Positions 26,491 through 39,526 are shown, counted from the first letter of the stretch. The stretch is 64,000 bases of DNA from Octopus sinensis (GCF_006345805.1 NC_043007.1:15748001-15812000); one strand, 5' to 3'. Translations and numbers: made by a program. The notes: generated by a model from the letters alone, not told the origin.

Positions 26491-26759
26491 CATATATATT
26501 ATAATACTATTATATATATACATATATATATATACGTTTATATAATTTGTTGTGCAAGATTTTTTATGTGAAGTCGTGTGTTGAAACAGATATTGTTACA
26601 TTTTGCAGTTTAGCCAGGAGTGTGACGAAAGAACTCTGGCCGAAATAAGATTAAGATTAATGTAAAAAATAAATAACACTGAAGCAAATAACACCAAATA
26701 TATAGTGCGTGTGTTTTATGGCTAAACTTGCAAAATGACCATTCCGAAATATAACAATA

Positions 26760-26814
<55 letters not shown>

Positions 26815-26820
<6 letters not shown>

Positions 26821-27176
26821 TAGGGAATAAATCCAAACTTACAGGGAAAAATCAGATTTAGGATTGAATCCAATTTTATAGTAAAATATTATATTATATT
26901 AAATTAGAGATAAAACCACTATTAGGCAAATCATACAATGAAAAACTTAAGCCAATACATAAGATTATTTAATTTATATTATTTTAAATATATATCAAAA
27001 TTATTAAAAACAGATAATTAGTATAACACTACAATCGTTAATTATACTAATTATCATTTTTTAATAATTTTGATATATATTTAAAATAATATAAATTAAT
27101 TAATCTTATGTATTGCTTAAGTTTTTCATTGTATGATTTGCCTAATAGTGGTTTTATCTCTAATTTAATATAATAT
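26815..27176. mobile_element. TA-embedded foldback family F (arms of about 130 bp plus one-sided 80-bp extension)
   Basis: ATTAGAGATAAAACCACTATTAGGCAAATC.. and its reverse complement; the same element lies in opposite orientation at 46958-47283. Confidence 0.85.
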
Positions 27177-27187
27177 ATATATATATA

Positions 27188-27243
<56 letters not shown>

Positions 27244-28301
27244 ATTACTGACTATTACGTGATATATACGTGCAGCGTATAGCGGGGTCAGCAGCAGAAT
27301 AATGAATTTCGCTGCATTATTTTTTGTCATTTATTTAATTTCGTATTTAACGCTGTACCTTAAATAACGCTTTATTCTGAAGCATACGTATATGGACTTC
27401 TAATAACCGCACTTTAGCGTTGCTAAACCTGAACGAATCATTTGTGTATGTGTGGGGGGGGGGTTGCCTGTGTGCGTAAAAAGTTTAGAGTGAGCATTTA
27501 TTCGCAAACATTTACTTATCTGCTTAATATTTCCTTAATATATTAATATTGCTCGCAACCGTTTATTTGTGTCTAAGTATGTTAGCTAAATTGGAAATTA
27601 TACGTTGTGAGGTTTTATTTTATCCGTATTTTTGCTGTTGTATTTTTTCCCAATACTGTTTGATCACACTATAATCTTTGTGTAATATATGTACACACAT
27701 ATATACATGTATGCATGTATTTATGTTCCCATGTATATATCTATGTTTGTATATATATATGCATGTATATATATATATATATTGGGAGACGGTACGTATA
27801 TGTAAACACATAAATACTGTATAATGTATATCGCAAAACATTGCTATAAACCTCGCAAATATACGAGAATCAATGGGCGTGGACTGTTAAGCTATAGATC
27901 TAAGGGAATTATCTGAAGAAATGCTTTAATGACCAATTAGATTTTGGAGAGACAACAAACAGTTGCGAAGGTACTAAGTAATTTATGAATTTAGTGTATA
28001 TTATATTCTTAATTGAATATCGATTACACGTGATTAAAAATACTTTATCTGTTAGAAGTTTCAAAGTCTTTACGCTATTTAATGACAAACAATGTTTTCA
28101 TGATGAACACACAACCACACACACACACATACACACACACACACACACACATACACACACACACTCACACACACACACATATATGTATATAATATATATA
28201 CACATACATACATATATATATACATTCATACATATATATATACATACATATATATATAACATATATATATATAAACATATATATATGCGTATATAATATA
28301 C

Positions 28302-28332
<31 letters not shown>

Positions 28333-28394
28333 TATAGTATATATATTATATATATATACATATATATATATTAATATATATATATATATATATT

Positions 28395-28461
28395 ATATTA
28401 TGTACATACTTAGATATATGTATATGAGTATACATATGTATACATATTATAATATGTATAT

Positions 28462-28502
<41 letters not shown>

Positions 28503-28542
28503 TATGTACATACTTAGATATATGATATGAGTATACATATGT

Positions 28543-28581
<39 letters not shown>

Positions 28582-28812
28582 ATATATATTATCTATATAT
28601 ATATATATATATGTATGTATATATATATATATATGTACATACTTAGATATATGTATATGAGTATACATATGTATACATATATATATATATATGTAGTATA
28701 TATATATATATATATATGTATAATTATATATTATATATATATATATATTATGTACATACTTAGATATATGTATATGAGTATACATATGTATACATAATAT
28801 ATAATGTATTAT

Positions 28813-28858
<46 letters not shown>

Positions 28859-28920
28859 AATATATATATATATTATGTACATACTAGATATATGTATATG
28901 AGTATACATATGTATACATA
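28395..28920 (+). repeat. Minisatellite: 5 copies of a core of about 48 bp separated by variable (TA)n
   Basis: TATGTACATACTTAGATATATGTATATGAGTATACATATGTATACAT near 28398, 28503, 28632, 28749 and 28874. Confidence 0.85.
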
Positions 28921-29677
28921 TTAATATATATATATATATATAATATATATGTATGTATGTATGTATGTATGATGTATAAGAGACTGAAAGAGGGAGAAGA
29001 GGTATTCTCTTTTAATAAGCTACTCTAAAGATTTAACCAATAAAAAAGATGAAATATTTCATGAGTTTATGCTGGTATAATGGAAGGTTATATTTTATGT
29101 ATTTAAGATATCATTAATTCCGTTAATTAATAACTGAATTTATACAGTCGATATGAAGCACTCAAATTACTTTAGAAAAATGATAAAAGTACAATGTAAA
29201 CATCACCTGAGAATATTAACCAACCCATCCAGATAAAAACTGAATTCATCACATCAATAGATATTTCTAGGCAAATTTCGAGTATTCATTATCTTTTGAG
29301 CACGTTGCAAGGTTTTTTATTATCATCAAGTGTAACTGATTTCAGCAAAGAAATTACGTATGGCCGTAATCCACGTGAAGGGAATATCAGTAGCTTTGCA
29401 CATATAAATAAAGCTTCCATGGCCAAATACATTCGAATGCTGAACGTTTCATTGATCTTTTATATGAGTGGGGCCGACCAGATTTGAATTTCATGCAAAT
29501 ACTTTGTTTAGTCCAAACTGATTTCTGAAATTTCGATTTTGTCGTAGATTCGTCTTTGCATATAACATTTCCAACGTTGTGGTCAGGTCACCTAATGTGA
29601 CCACAGCGTTTTTACAACTTTTATAAAATAAATTCAGTACGTACGTTACGTGTTATGCATGAAATATTTCTGAAACG

Positions 29678-30060
29678 GTGGAGGCGCAATGGCCCAGTGG
29701 TTAGGGCAGCGGACTCGCGGTTGTAGGATCGCGGTTTCGATTCCCAGACCGGGCATTGTGAGTGTTTATTGAGCGAAAACACCTAAAACGCTCCACGAGG
29801 CTCCGTCAGGGATGTGGTGATCCCTGCTGTACTCTTTCACCACAACTTTCTCTCACTCTTACTTCCTGTTTCTGTTGTACCTGTATTTCAAAGGGCCGGC
29901 CTTGTCACTCTCTGTGTGACGCTGAATATCCCCGAGAACTACGTTAAGGGTACACGTGTCTGTGGAGTGCTCAGCCACTTACACGTTAATTTCACGAGCA
30001 GGCTGTTCCGTTGATCGGATCAACCGGAATCCTCGTCGTCGTAACCGACGGAGTGCTTCC
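29678..30060 (+). mobile_element. SINE family C (tRNA-derived head), full length with 12-bp TSD
   Basis: GGAGGCGCAATGGCCCAGTGGTTAGGGCAGCGGACTCGCGG..GGTTTCGATTCCC (A and B boxes); ATTTCTGAAACG on both flanks. Confidence 0.92.
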
Positions 30061-30125
30061 ATTTCTGAAACGATGAAATGGGTATTTTAAATTAACAAAA
30101 TTAATATCTATTATATAGTCATAGG

Positions 30126-30415
30126 TGGACGCACATGGCCAAGTGGTTAGCGCAGCGGTCGAGGGATCGAGGGTTCGAATCTCAGATTGGGTGGATGTGT
30201 GTGTTTATCAGCGAAACACCTAAGCTCCACGCGACTCCGGCAGAAGGTAATGGCGTATTTCTGCTGACTCTTTCGCTACAACTTTCTTTCACTCTTTCCT
30301 CCTGCATCTTGCAGTTCAGCTGCGATGGACCGACGTCCCGTCCAGGTGTGGAACCTCTACACCAATGAAACCGGGAAACCGGCCCTTATAAGACAGGCAT
30401 GGCTCGAGAAGGAAC
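30126..30415 (+). mobile_element. SINE family C variant with different 3' tail
   Basis: Same head and body (GCGAAACACCTAAGCTCCACG..ACAACTTTCTTTCACTC); tail GAAACCGGGAAACCGGCCC. Confidence 0.8.
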
Positions 30416-30921
30416 AAATAATACAGTCATAGAATGTTGATGTATTTCATCAACTTTATTCTGATTCCCTTAGAAAACAGCAGCTTCTGGCACACCCTAT
30501 ACGTAGGTTTATATCAAATATATACACGGGAATGTTCTTATTATTGAAAAGAAAAATAACTACTTAATATACCGAAAATAGTTTCTTAAGCGGACATAGT
30601 TCAATTTTTTAAAGTATAAATATAAGCAAAATGCATGGGGAAATAGACTGAGTCTAAATAATATGTTAAGTAGTAATATATTAAAATATAAAGAAGCGAC
30701 AAGACTAAATATGAAGAAGAATGCTCTGTACCATAGTCTTAATTTTTGTCGAGTTAATCTGTTATTTGTCTGAGTGCCAGTTGTGGTTTCACAAAATCCT
30801 CGTAAATTTTCTAATCGAGACCCTGTATACCCACAAGCTCAGAGCACCACGAAACTGATTCAACGAATATATAAATATCATATCGTACTATATATATATA
30901 TACACATACATACATATACAT

Positions 30922-30954
<33 letters not shown>

Positions 30955-31529
30955 CGCGGACACACATACACAGACAGACACACACGCACACACACACACA
31001 CAGACGCACACACACTCATATGCATTAATATACTAGTATAGTATATTATATCATATAATATAATATTATATTATATTATATTGTATGAAGCGTTTAGTAA
31101 CAGAGTGTCGGAAGCGCCATTTCCGAGGTTAGTATATCATTTTCTTTGTCTCATTGTCTAGAATCCGAAAAAGTTGGGAGGCTTGCAATAAGGTCGAAAA
31201 CAATTGTACTTCGACGCTATTGACACGACACTCGTTCACCCAAACTCGGACCAGAGAGTTTAGTAAAACACCATCGTAAGCACAGGTGCTCAATCAATAA
31301 CTCTGTTATGGTCACTGCATCGTTTTGCGTTGTATTCTGGCTCATTTTCTAATATTTCCATTACCATCGTAACAATAATAGGCTATTATCTCACAGTCAT
31401 TTTCAGACCAAAACCAGCTTCCTAACCTCATCTCTTACCGAGATATCGCATTCTGAAAGTCGCGAAACTTTGTGGGTTTTTTTTTCGGTTTTTAAGTTGT
31501 GACTCTCACGACGTTGTTACTAAACGCCT

Positions 31530-31950
31530 CATATAATATATTTTATCACATAATATGTAGTATAATATAATATTATATTATATTATATCATATTATATCT
31601 TATATCATTTTACATAATATTATATCATATTATATCTTATATCATTATTATATCAATATTGCATTATATTGTATCTTTTATCATTATATTATATTTTTTA
31701 TATTATATTATTGTATTATATATTTTATATTATATTATATTGCATTTTATTATATCATATTACATTATATTATAATATATTATATTATGTTATATTATAT
31801 TATATCATATTATATTATATTATACTATATTATATTATATTATATTATACTATATTATATTATATCATATTATATTATATTATATTATATTATATTATAC
31901 TATATTATATTATATTATATTATTTTATATTACTATATTATGTTGTATAT
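31530..31950 (+). repeat. (TATAT)n degenerate pentanucleotide satellite
   Basis: Read directly. Confidence 0.95.
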
Positions 31951-32539
31951 TATACACATACGTCTGAGCATACAACTGAAAAGCAATTACACAGTATATG
32001 TAATAGAATATGTTTATTTGACCTCGGGTGTTCACTTTCTTGTCATTCCGATTTTCTCGTTTGTAAGCGTTCGTTGAAGCGACAAAAAGCATACTGCATA
32101 TGCGACCTTGCGTGTTCGCTATGCACATGATGTATGCATGTATGGAGCTGTGATTATCGATGCATGTACGAAGGTTTTATGCGCATGAGCCTATATACAA
32201 TTACGAACAATTAATATAACTGCTGTAACCTATTCATACTTACAAATTTTAAATCTTTATAGAACATTAATGCATTAATATATTAGTGCAACAAAATATC
32301 TATGACTATATTATAAACAGATTTTTACAATACGCTAACAAATAACCCATTTATGAAAATATGGAATGACGAATGGAGAGAATGAAGGTGAGTAAAACAC
32401 AAAGACAGTTATGTTAGCGAGTCAAATAATCGCTAGCTAAAATCGTACTATTGTTCTTTTATAATAACGATAACTAGAAATTATATTTATAAAGCTTATT
32501 TCAAGATACTTTTAATTCAATTCTGGTAACAATATATAT

Positions 32540-32953
32540 ATCTTTATTGCTCACAAGGAGCTAAACACAGAGGGGACAAACAAGGACAGCCAAAGGGATT
32601 AAGTCGATTACATCGACCCCAGTGCGAAACTGGTACTTCATTTATCGACCCCGAAAGGATGAAAGGCAAAGTCGACCTCGGTGGTTTTTGAACTCAGAAC
32701 GTAACGGGAGACGAAATACCTATTTCTTTAATACCCACGAGGGGCTAAACACAGAGAGGACAAACAAGGACAGAGAAACGGATTAAGTCGATTATATCGA
32801 CACCAGTACGTAACTGGTACTTAATTTTATCGACCTCGAAAGGATGAAAGGCAAAGTCAACCTCGGCGGAATTTGAACTCAGAACGTAACGGCAGACGAA
32901 ATACCGCTCAGCATTTCGCCCGGCGTGCTAACGTTTCTGCCAGCTCACCGCCT
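32540..32953 (-). mobile_element. SINE family A tandem dimer inside one TSD
   Basis: Two bodies and one head; TTCTGGTAACAATATAT flanks both ends (32521 and about 32954). Confidence 0.92.
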
Positions 32954-33333
32954 TTTCTGGTAACAATATATCAGCAAGCTGGATGTACTCAGTGTACTAA
33001 GTTGGTTTTCATTTTAGAAATAGTGAAAGAGACGACAAAAGTCGACTTCAGGAGAGGTGTCTGATATAAAATGAGGTTAAGAGCGATAATTGCTGGTTTA
33101 ATTCGTGGCAGAAGTCTATTCAATTTACAGCCAAGAAATGAATGCTTAAGCGCGAGATTTTTTTTTTTTTAACTTTTTACTTCTTCAGCCATTAAATTCC
33201 GCCTATGCTTTGTACTTATTCTAATTGTTATCCTTTGCCGAATCGCTATGTTACGGGAATTTAAACACACCAACACTAGTTGTCAAAGTGTTCGAGGACA
33301 AACACAAATACACACACACAAACACACATATAC

Positions 33334-33505
33334 AAGAAGAGAAAAAATGGAGAGATTGGGAAGTTAATCATTATTTATAATTAACAGCAAATTAGTCATC
33401 ATCTTTTAGAAACAGCTTTTGAAACAGCTGTAAGGGTTGATGGTTAATTTGCTGTTAATAATAAACAATTATTAACTTCCCAATCTCCATTTTCTTTTTC
33501 TTCTT
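33334..33505. repeat. Imperfect foldback with arms of about 70 bp; hammerhead 3'-half motif at centre
   Basis: AAAATGGAGAGATTGGGAAGTTAAT..AACAGCAAATTAG versus TAATTTGCTGTT..ATTAACTTCCCAATCTCCATTTT; centre GAAACAGCTGTA (33421-33432). Confidence 0.8.
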
Positions 33506-33675
33506 TTATATGGCTGTAAACTATTTGTTTTTATATATTAATTCCCCCAAAATACAGGGCATTGAACGAGTATTTTCTTGGATGAAACCATCCGTTCATG
33601 AGGTTAACACAGCATTTAATCGAAGTATGTGTGTGTTCGTTTGTTTGTTTGTGTGTCTGTATGTGTGTGTGTGTA

Positions 33676-33825
33676 TGATGGGCTACTTTCAGTTTCTGTT
33701 TACCGGATGCACTCATGTGGCCGTTTCGATGATGCAGTACAATGCCTTTGTTCAAGTACCACATAGTGACGGAAATCGCAACTGTGTGGTTAGGAAGCAA
33801 GCTTCTTACCACACAGCCACGCCTG
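33676..33825 (-). mobile_element. SINE family B 5' half, degenerate
   Basis: Reverse complement of head and core. Confidence 0.7.
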
Positions 33826-34299
33826 TCAAATGTTTATTTGTCTTTGCAATTGGACCAACATTTTAAACATTATTTTAATTGTAATTCTAGAATGATAAGG
33901 GAGAGTCATTAACTTGGTTTGGCAAATATTGCAGGAAACATTACTCCAACAACAGGAAATTTCGGGGTGTTTTTTCCTGATCCTATTTAGATCCTTTGGT
34001 TACGTGTCAGGGAAATCTATACACACGTCTGCACACATGCATTGGCATGTGTTTGTGTGTGTGTGTGTTTGCGTGCGTGCGCGCGCATGTGCTTCTAAGT
34101 CAAATAACTGTTGAAATCTTTGTAGTGTTGTTTTCTTTGTTTAATTTAATAATTTCCATAGTAACCATTATACATCGATGTTGGATTCCAGTTAATCCCG
34201 ACTCAAAACCTGCCACCACTGAAATTTGTAAAATCGCGATCCTGCTTCCAAGTTATTTTGCTTTATTGCTACAAAGTGATATTAAAAAAATTCACAATT

Positions 34300-34459
34300 A
34301 GGCGTAGGAGTGGCTGTATGGTAAGTAGCTTGCGTACCAACCACATGGCTCCGGGTTCAGTCCCACTGCGTGGCACATTGGGCAGGTGTCTTCTACTATA
34401 TCCTCGGGCTGACCAAAGCTTGTGAGTATATCTGGAAACTAAAAGAAGCCCGTGGTATA

Positions 34460-34499
<40 letters not shown>

Positions 34500-34544
34500 T
34501 AACGTTTTTGGGGGGTTTTTTTTTACTGAATTGAAATTTTGAAT

Positions 34545-34590
<46 letters not shown>

Positions 34591-34807
34591 TGTGTGTGTG
34601 TGTTTGTGTTTGTCCCCTTCAACATCGCTTGGCAACCGATGCTGATGTGTTTACGTTCCCGTAACTTAGCGGTTCGGCAAAAGACACCGATAGAATAAGC
34701 ACTAGGCTTACAAAGAATAAGTCGTGGGGTCGATTTGCTCGACTAAAGGCGGTGCTCCAGCATGGCCGCAGTAAAATGACTGAAACAAGTAAAAGAACAA
34801 AAGAGTA
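34300..34807 (+). mobile_element. SINE family B
   Basis: Family-B head, core and tail; enlarged internal microsatellite region. Confidence 0.93.
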
Positions 34808-35872
34808 GGGTTTTATACATTTATTGGTGGCTTACAAATGTTTTGGATATGTATTGGAGGGATTTTCTCCCATAGTTCCATCATATTAATCAATAGATCC
34901 ATGGATCAATCGATTAATACGGTTAATCCATAAAATATTTGTAAACCTTCAGTAAATGTATAAAATCGATTGTGCATACATATATAAAAGATATGAATTT
35001 TCTGTGAATATATCATCCATGATTATTCTCTCAGAAAATATGAAAGCGTTAAATAAATAATTTTTACCAAATATTATGATTATCTCTTCATATATAAATA
35101 TATATGTTTATATCTAACTGTGGGTTACATTTACTGGATTCTCACCTTTCTCTTGTGAGAAACATAGTTTGGCAGGTAGTTCAAAACCTTCTCTATAATA
35201 TCTCTTTGCAATGTTACTAATGTAAGTGTTTATTATGTAGCTGACGGGACAGGTGCGAGACAGCTGCATTATGTAGGTGATGGAACAGATGTGAGACAGC
35301 TATATTATGAACAAGGTAAAATCAATTGCAAACCGGACAAATGCTTAGCGGCATTTCATCTGTTTTTATGTTCTAATTTAAAATTCCACTGAGGCTGGCA
35401 TTGCCTTTCATTCTTCGGGAACGATGAAATAATTTGGAGACAAATTTGGGTGGGTTGGTGAAATCGACCTAGCCAACTTCTCCAAAATTTTAGGTCTTGT
35501 GCCTATTGTAGAAAAGGTTAGCGATAAGGTATAAGAGAACTGCAAATACATCATAGAATGCGACTGATGTCAAGGAATGGGAAAAAGAGAATGAAGAAAA
35601 TGTCAAATCTTCCTAGAGGAGGCCACAGTAGGATTGGACTTGATAAGAACGATGTAGAAGACGTCATTACTTCGATATATAGCATATGTAATCTTATGCT
35701 GATTATACTGATTGTGTACGGATTTATTTTGTTGCTCCTGATAAAACGAAACGAGATCCATTCGTAAAGGAAAATGTCAGCAGAAAAGCGTCGTTTCCCT
35801 CGACACAACTAAGTGTCAGAATTACCCAGCCGTAATGTAGCCACAAAAAGCTAATTACATAAGTTAAAAGTT

Positions 35873-36013
35873 AAAAGTGATTTAAACTTCTGCGAACAGA
35901 TAATGAGTACATCAGTGTCACACAATATATAGTGATGCTATTATAGATAAGGTGAACTCCAATGGCGTTTACTGATGTAGATTCTTCAGAGCATATTTTG
36001 CAAGTACGAGTTA
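35873..36013 (-). repeat. Inverted duplicate of 36843-36980
   Basis: About 140 bp reverse-complement match with about 1 mismatch; both ORF translations share TRTCKICSEESTSVNAIGVHLIYNSITIYCVTLMYSLSVRRSLNHF. Confidence 0.95.
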
Positions 36014-36493
36014 AAAGAAAGACGATGGCATTGGAGACAGATAGGAAACTTTGCATGATTAGTTGGTTAGTTTTATTGCTAAATTTTGGAGCATATAGCT
36101 TCAACACCTCACGGTTTACTGCTTTTGTTCCTTGCCCCTAATTTTTGTCATAAAAACAATGTACCCCATTTATATCCCATATTGTATCTGCAACAGAAAA
36201 GATTGTTGTTTATTTAATAGTTACAAAAACGCTTTGGATGATCGACAGGTGAATGATCTCGTTACAAATTTCGCTCTTCTATCTCCTATTTCTAGCAAAT
36301 TTTCTTTTACAGAATCTATTGAAAATAGCTAACAGACAAGGGGCAAGGTCCATTTCTTGACATGAACGACATAAGCATCAAGGAGGGAGAGAAAAAACGT
36401 TATACTTCTACAGATATACTCGTCATCAAATGACACAAACCAGAAGCAACCAGTCCTGCAATTCTTGAGTGCAGGAGAGAATAAAGAATAATT

Positions 36494-36721
36494 GGCGATC
36501 TTTCGGTACTAGATACATAGCTGTCACTTATAAACCCACGTGGGTTTATTTACATTTCTGAAGAAAAAAGAAACCGTTCCTCCCACCCCTAACCGTAACC
36601 GTAACCCTAACCACACATATATATATATAAATTTATGGAAATTGAAGATCTTAAAATGTAAACAAAACCCACGTGGGTTTATAAGTGTCAGCTATGTATC
36701 TAGTGCCGAAAGAGCGCCGAG
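36494..36721. mobile_element. MITE with TIRs of about 55 bp inserted in the Academ-like sequence
   Basis: GGCGATCTTTCGGTACTAGATACATAGCTGTCACTTATAAACCCACGTGGGTTT and its reverse complement; TAATT duplicated at 36489 and 36722; internal CCTAACCGTAACCGTAACCCTAACC. Confidence 0.85.
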
Positions 36722-38500
36722 TAATTTGTTGAATACTTTTTCCATGCTTGAGAGTTTCAGCTGAGAGTTTTATGAACATTCAAGAGAGCCATACAAAGTT
36801 TAAAACAATTTTTTTACTGTATTATGGTCAAGGAAAAGAGAAAACTCGTACTTGCAAAATATGTTCTGAAGAATCTACATCAGTAAACGCCATTGGAGTT
36901 CACCTTATCTATAATAGCATCACTATATATTGTGTGACACTGATGTACTCATTATCTGTTCGCAGAAGTTTAAATCACTTCTCTTCTACAATAATTGTAG
37001 TGATAAAATTTGCACTCTTGATAGCAAGCCCTTTTGTATTCAGCATGACTTTGATGTTGCGTCAGCCCTTATTGGATTCCATTCATTCACCGATATTCAG
37101 TCTGGAATTGGATACTATGGAAAAATAAAGACCAAGCATTTCTAATAATGTATCAGACACGAGTATTACATAGATGTATTTCGAGAGCTTGTACGTCTTT
37201 TATTACACTTAGTACACTTGATTTTGATTGGAGAAGTTCATCTTTTATATGTATGGTCGGAAAAAATCATCAAATGTCCCCATTTGGAGACATTTGATAT
37301 GTTCCAATTTTGTACATGTGATATGTTCCGATTTGGCACAAAAGTAGGAGAGGTTTTTTTTCTACATGAAACACAATTCTCCCGTGAATTATTTAGTGTA
37401 TGGTCGTTATCAGGTGGTTGTATTTCACCAGTGTTTGGAGCAAATGGCAGATATGCATTACTCAAAAGGAAACGGGATAAAAGTTGGAGGCAGTTAATGG
37501 TCTCAAACCGATTGCTGAATGCTTCCACTGACCTTAAATACCATTTGGGGACGTACCAATTGCAGTTGCAAATGAAGTGATTTGCAAACATGACTCAAAT
37601 TTCGAAGTACATCTTCGAACGTCATGCTACAGTGAAACTGAAATGAGATACATAAGCCCGTTTAAATGCTCAGGATTCCAGAATTTTCTACGTAAATCTA
37701 CTGTATCTGTTGATTCGAAATAGAACTGTAAATGTGAGTAAAATCATTTCGTGGTCATTTCACGAGGCATGAACATAACTGTGTACAGAAATACTACCGC
37801 TAGTATACATTATATTGTGCAACATTTAAATCAACTACTATTTTTAAAAATAAATGTACTGCCTTTTTTCAGTCCATGTATTCTTGTATGATATTCATTA
37901 AAGCTCTCATAAAATCTTACATAATATTTTTATTTCTTAAGATTGTTCAACATCATAATAAAACTGATCCGCTAACACATCAATGAGTTTTCATTAATCA
38001 CATATTTAAAATTGGTTTTTAATGCGAATTATTCCCCGCGAGAAGCTTAAACAAAACTCTTCTTTAAATTACCAACAACAACAAAAAAATTTCAAAAGGC
38101 TTGGAATAGTCATCATTTTGTAAACGTATATATGTTGTTTAATAAGTATTTTATTCGGTAGCGTATTACAAAGTTACTAAGTACCCTTTGTTTTTGGGCG
38201 TCATTGAACGCATTGAACTTATTGATCAAGATGTTTCCTTTACCTGGCTGTGATAATTTAATGTTGCCTACAGCTGTTGCATGAAACTTCGAAATTAAGC
38301 ATGCAAAGAGCACACGCTGTACGGCCTATTTCCTGCTCCTGTCTTTTCCTTTTCCACTACAGCTCTTTCTCTATCTCTCTAACCATTCCTTCTCACTCGG
38401 CCTCTGTCTCTCTCTCCCCCCCTCTCTCTCTCTCTCTTTCTCTCTCCCTTTTCCTCTATTAATTTCATCATCTGTCTCACTGTCCGGTATCAGTCTCTGT

Positions 38501-38734
38501 AAGGTGGCGAGCTGGCAGAAATGTTAGCACGTCGGGTAAAATGCGTAGCCGTATTTCGTCTGCCGTTACATTCTGAGTTCAAATTCCGGCGAGGTTGACT
38601 TTGCCTTTCATCCTTTCGGGTCGATAAATTAAGTACCAGTTACGCACTGGGGTCGATGTAATCGACTTGATCCGTTTGTCTGTCCTTGTTTGTCCCCTCT
38701 GTGTTTAGCGTCTTGTGGGTAGTAAAGAAATAGG
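38501..38734 (+). mobile_element. SINE family A with TSD GTATCAGTCT
   Basis: Canonical sequence; duplicated flank. Confidence 0.95.
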
Positions 38735-39526
38735 TATCAGTCTGTCTTTTTCCTTGAACAAATGGTGTCGCGTCTGGGTCGGATTCATCACGAAGATCAG
38801 CCGCTGCCTAACTTTGATTAAGGAGGTCTGACAGTTTTAATCTGTCACTCATAGAGATTGTGTAGTGAATGTGAGTGATGTGACCAAGAAAAAAATACTT
38901 TCCTCACAAGCATTCTCAACTCCTCATTGACATTTACAGGAAAAGATAGCGAGTTGGGAGAGAGCGATGCTGACCTAACAAATTTCTTCGAAGATGGAAG
39001 CGAGTGGCGCCTCTAGGCTACAAAATGACATTTGGACACGCAAACATATTTATACTTTTGGTTAGTAGGTTAATCCAGATTATTCAGGGTTCTGCTACTG
39101 GTCTTATGAAACATTCCAATTCTTAGGACGATATAGAGTTTTGGATATTTTACACTTCCTTTTATTTTCGCGGTCGATTTCTATATAACTTTCCTAGCCG
39201 CACTTTTTTAACCAATCTATGCAATGCGCCTCATCAGTAGCATATAACAGAAGTTTTTAATCATAATCATCATCATCATCATCATTATTGAAACTATTTT
39301 CACGTGCCGAGTAACATACAGTTTCCTACAGTAACATACCCTTTATTCTTTTGTAAATATTTGGTGTACAAATGCTAAACTCGCGCTAATATCACTTTGA
39401 GATGTGTGTATATGTGTGTATGTGTATGTGTGCGTGTGCGCGCGTACACACATGTATATTAAGAGAGAAGATAGGTAGTTAGATAGGTAGGTAGGTAGGT
39501 AGGTAGGTAGATAGATAGATAGATAA

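Larger units (their letters stand above)
35560..37600 (+). pseudogene. Decayed AcademX-like DNA transposon transposase (XPG/FEN-like nuclease region), interrupted
   Basis: Ordered motifs across frameshifts: SRIGLDKNDVEDVITSI; SIKEGEKKR; QFLSAGENKE; ITIYC-DTDVLIIC; ALIGFHSFTD..GKIK (like DTDV..FHAFTGCD..GKGK); RYQVVVF; G*KLEAVNGLKP. Family assignment is from memory of Academ XPG-domain proteins. Confidence 0.6.

Noticed and set aside
26620-26655. TGACGA-AAGAACTCTGGCC-GAAA motif
   Set aside because: Lacks the first core C and any helix III/UH.
29300-29640. Octamer (ATGCAAAT) and TAATCC motifs as a developmental enhancer
   Set aside because: Short motifs are expected by chance in AT-rich DNA; no conservation data.
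29678-29750. tRNA-like sequence (also heads at 30126, 54440-54497, 59480-59543 and about 42750)
   Set aside because: Has A/B boxes but continues into repeated SINE bodies with TSD; no complete cloverleaf, so SINE heads rather than tRNA genes.
36575-36615. Telomere-like CCCTAA repeats as an interstitial telomere
   Set aside because: Only about 4 degenerate units, located inside a MITE.
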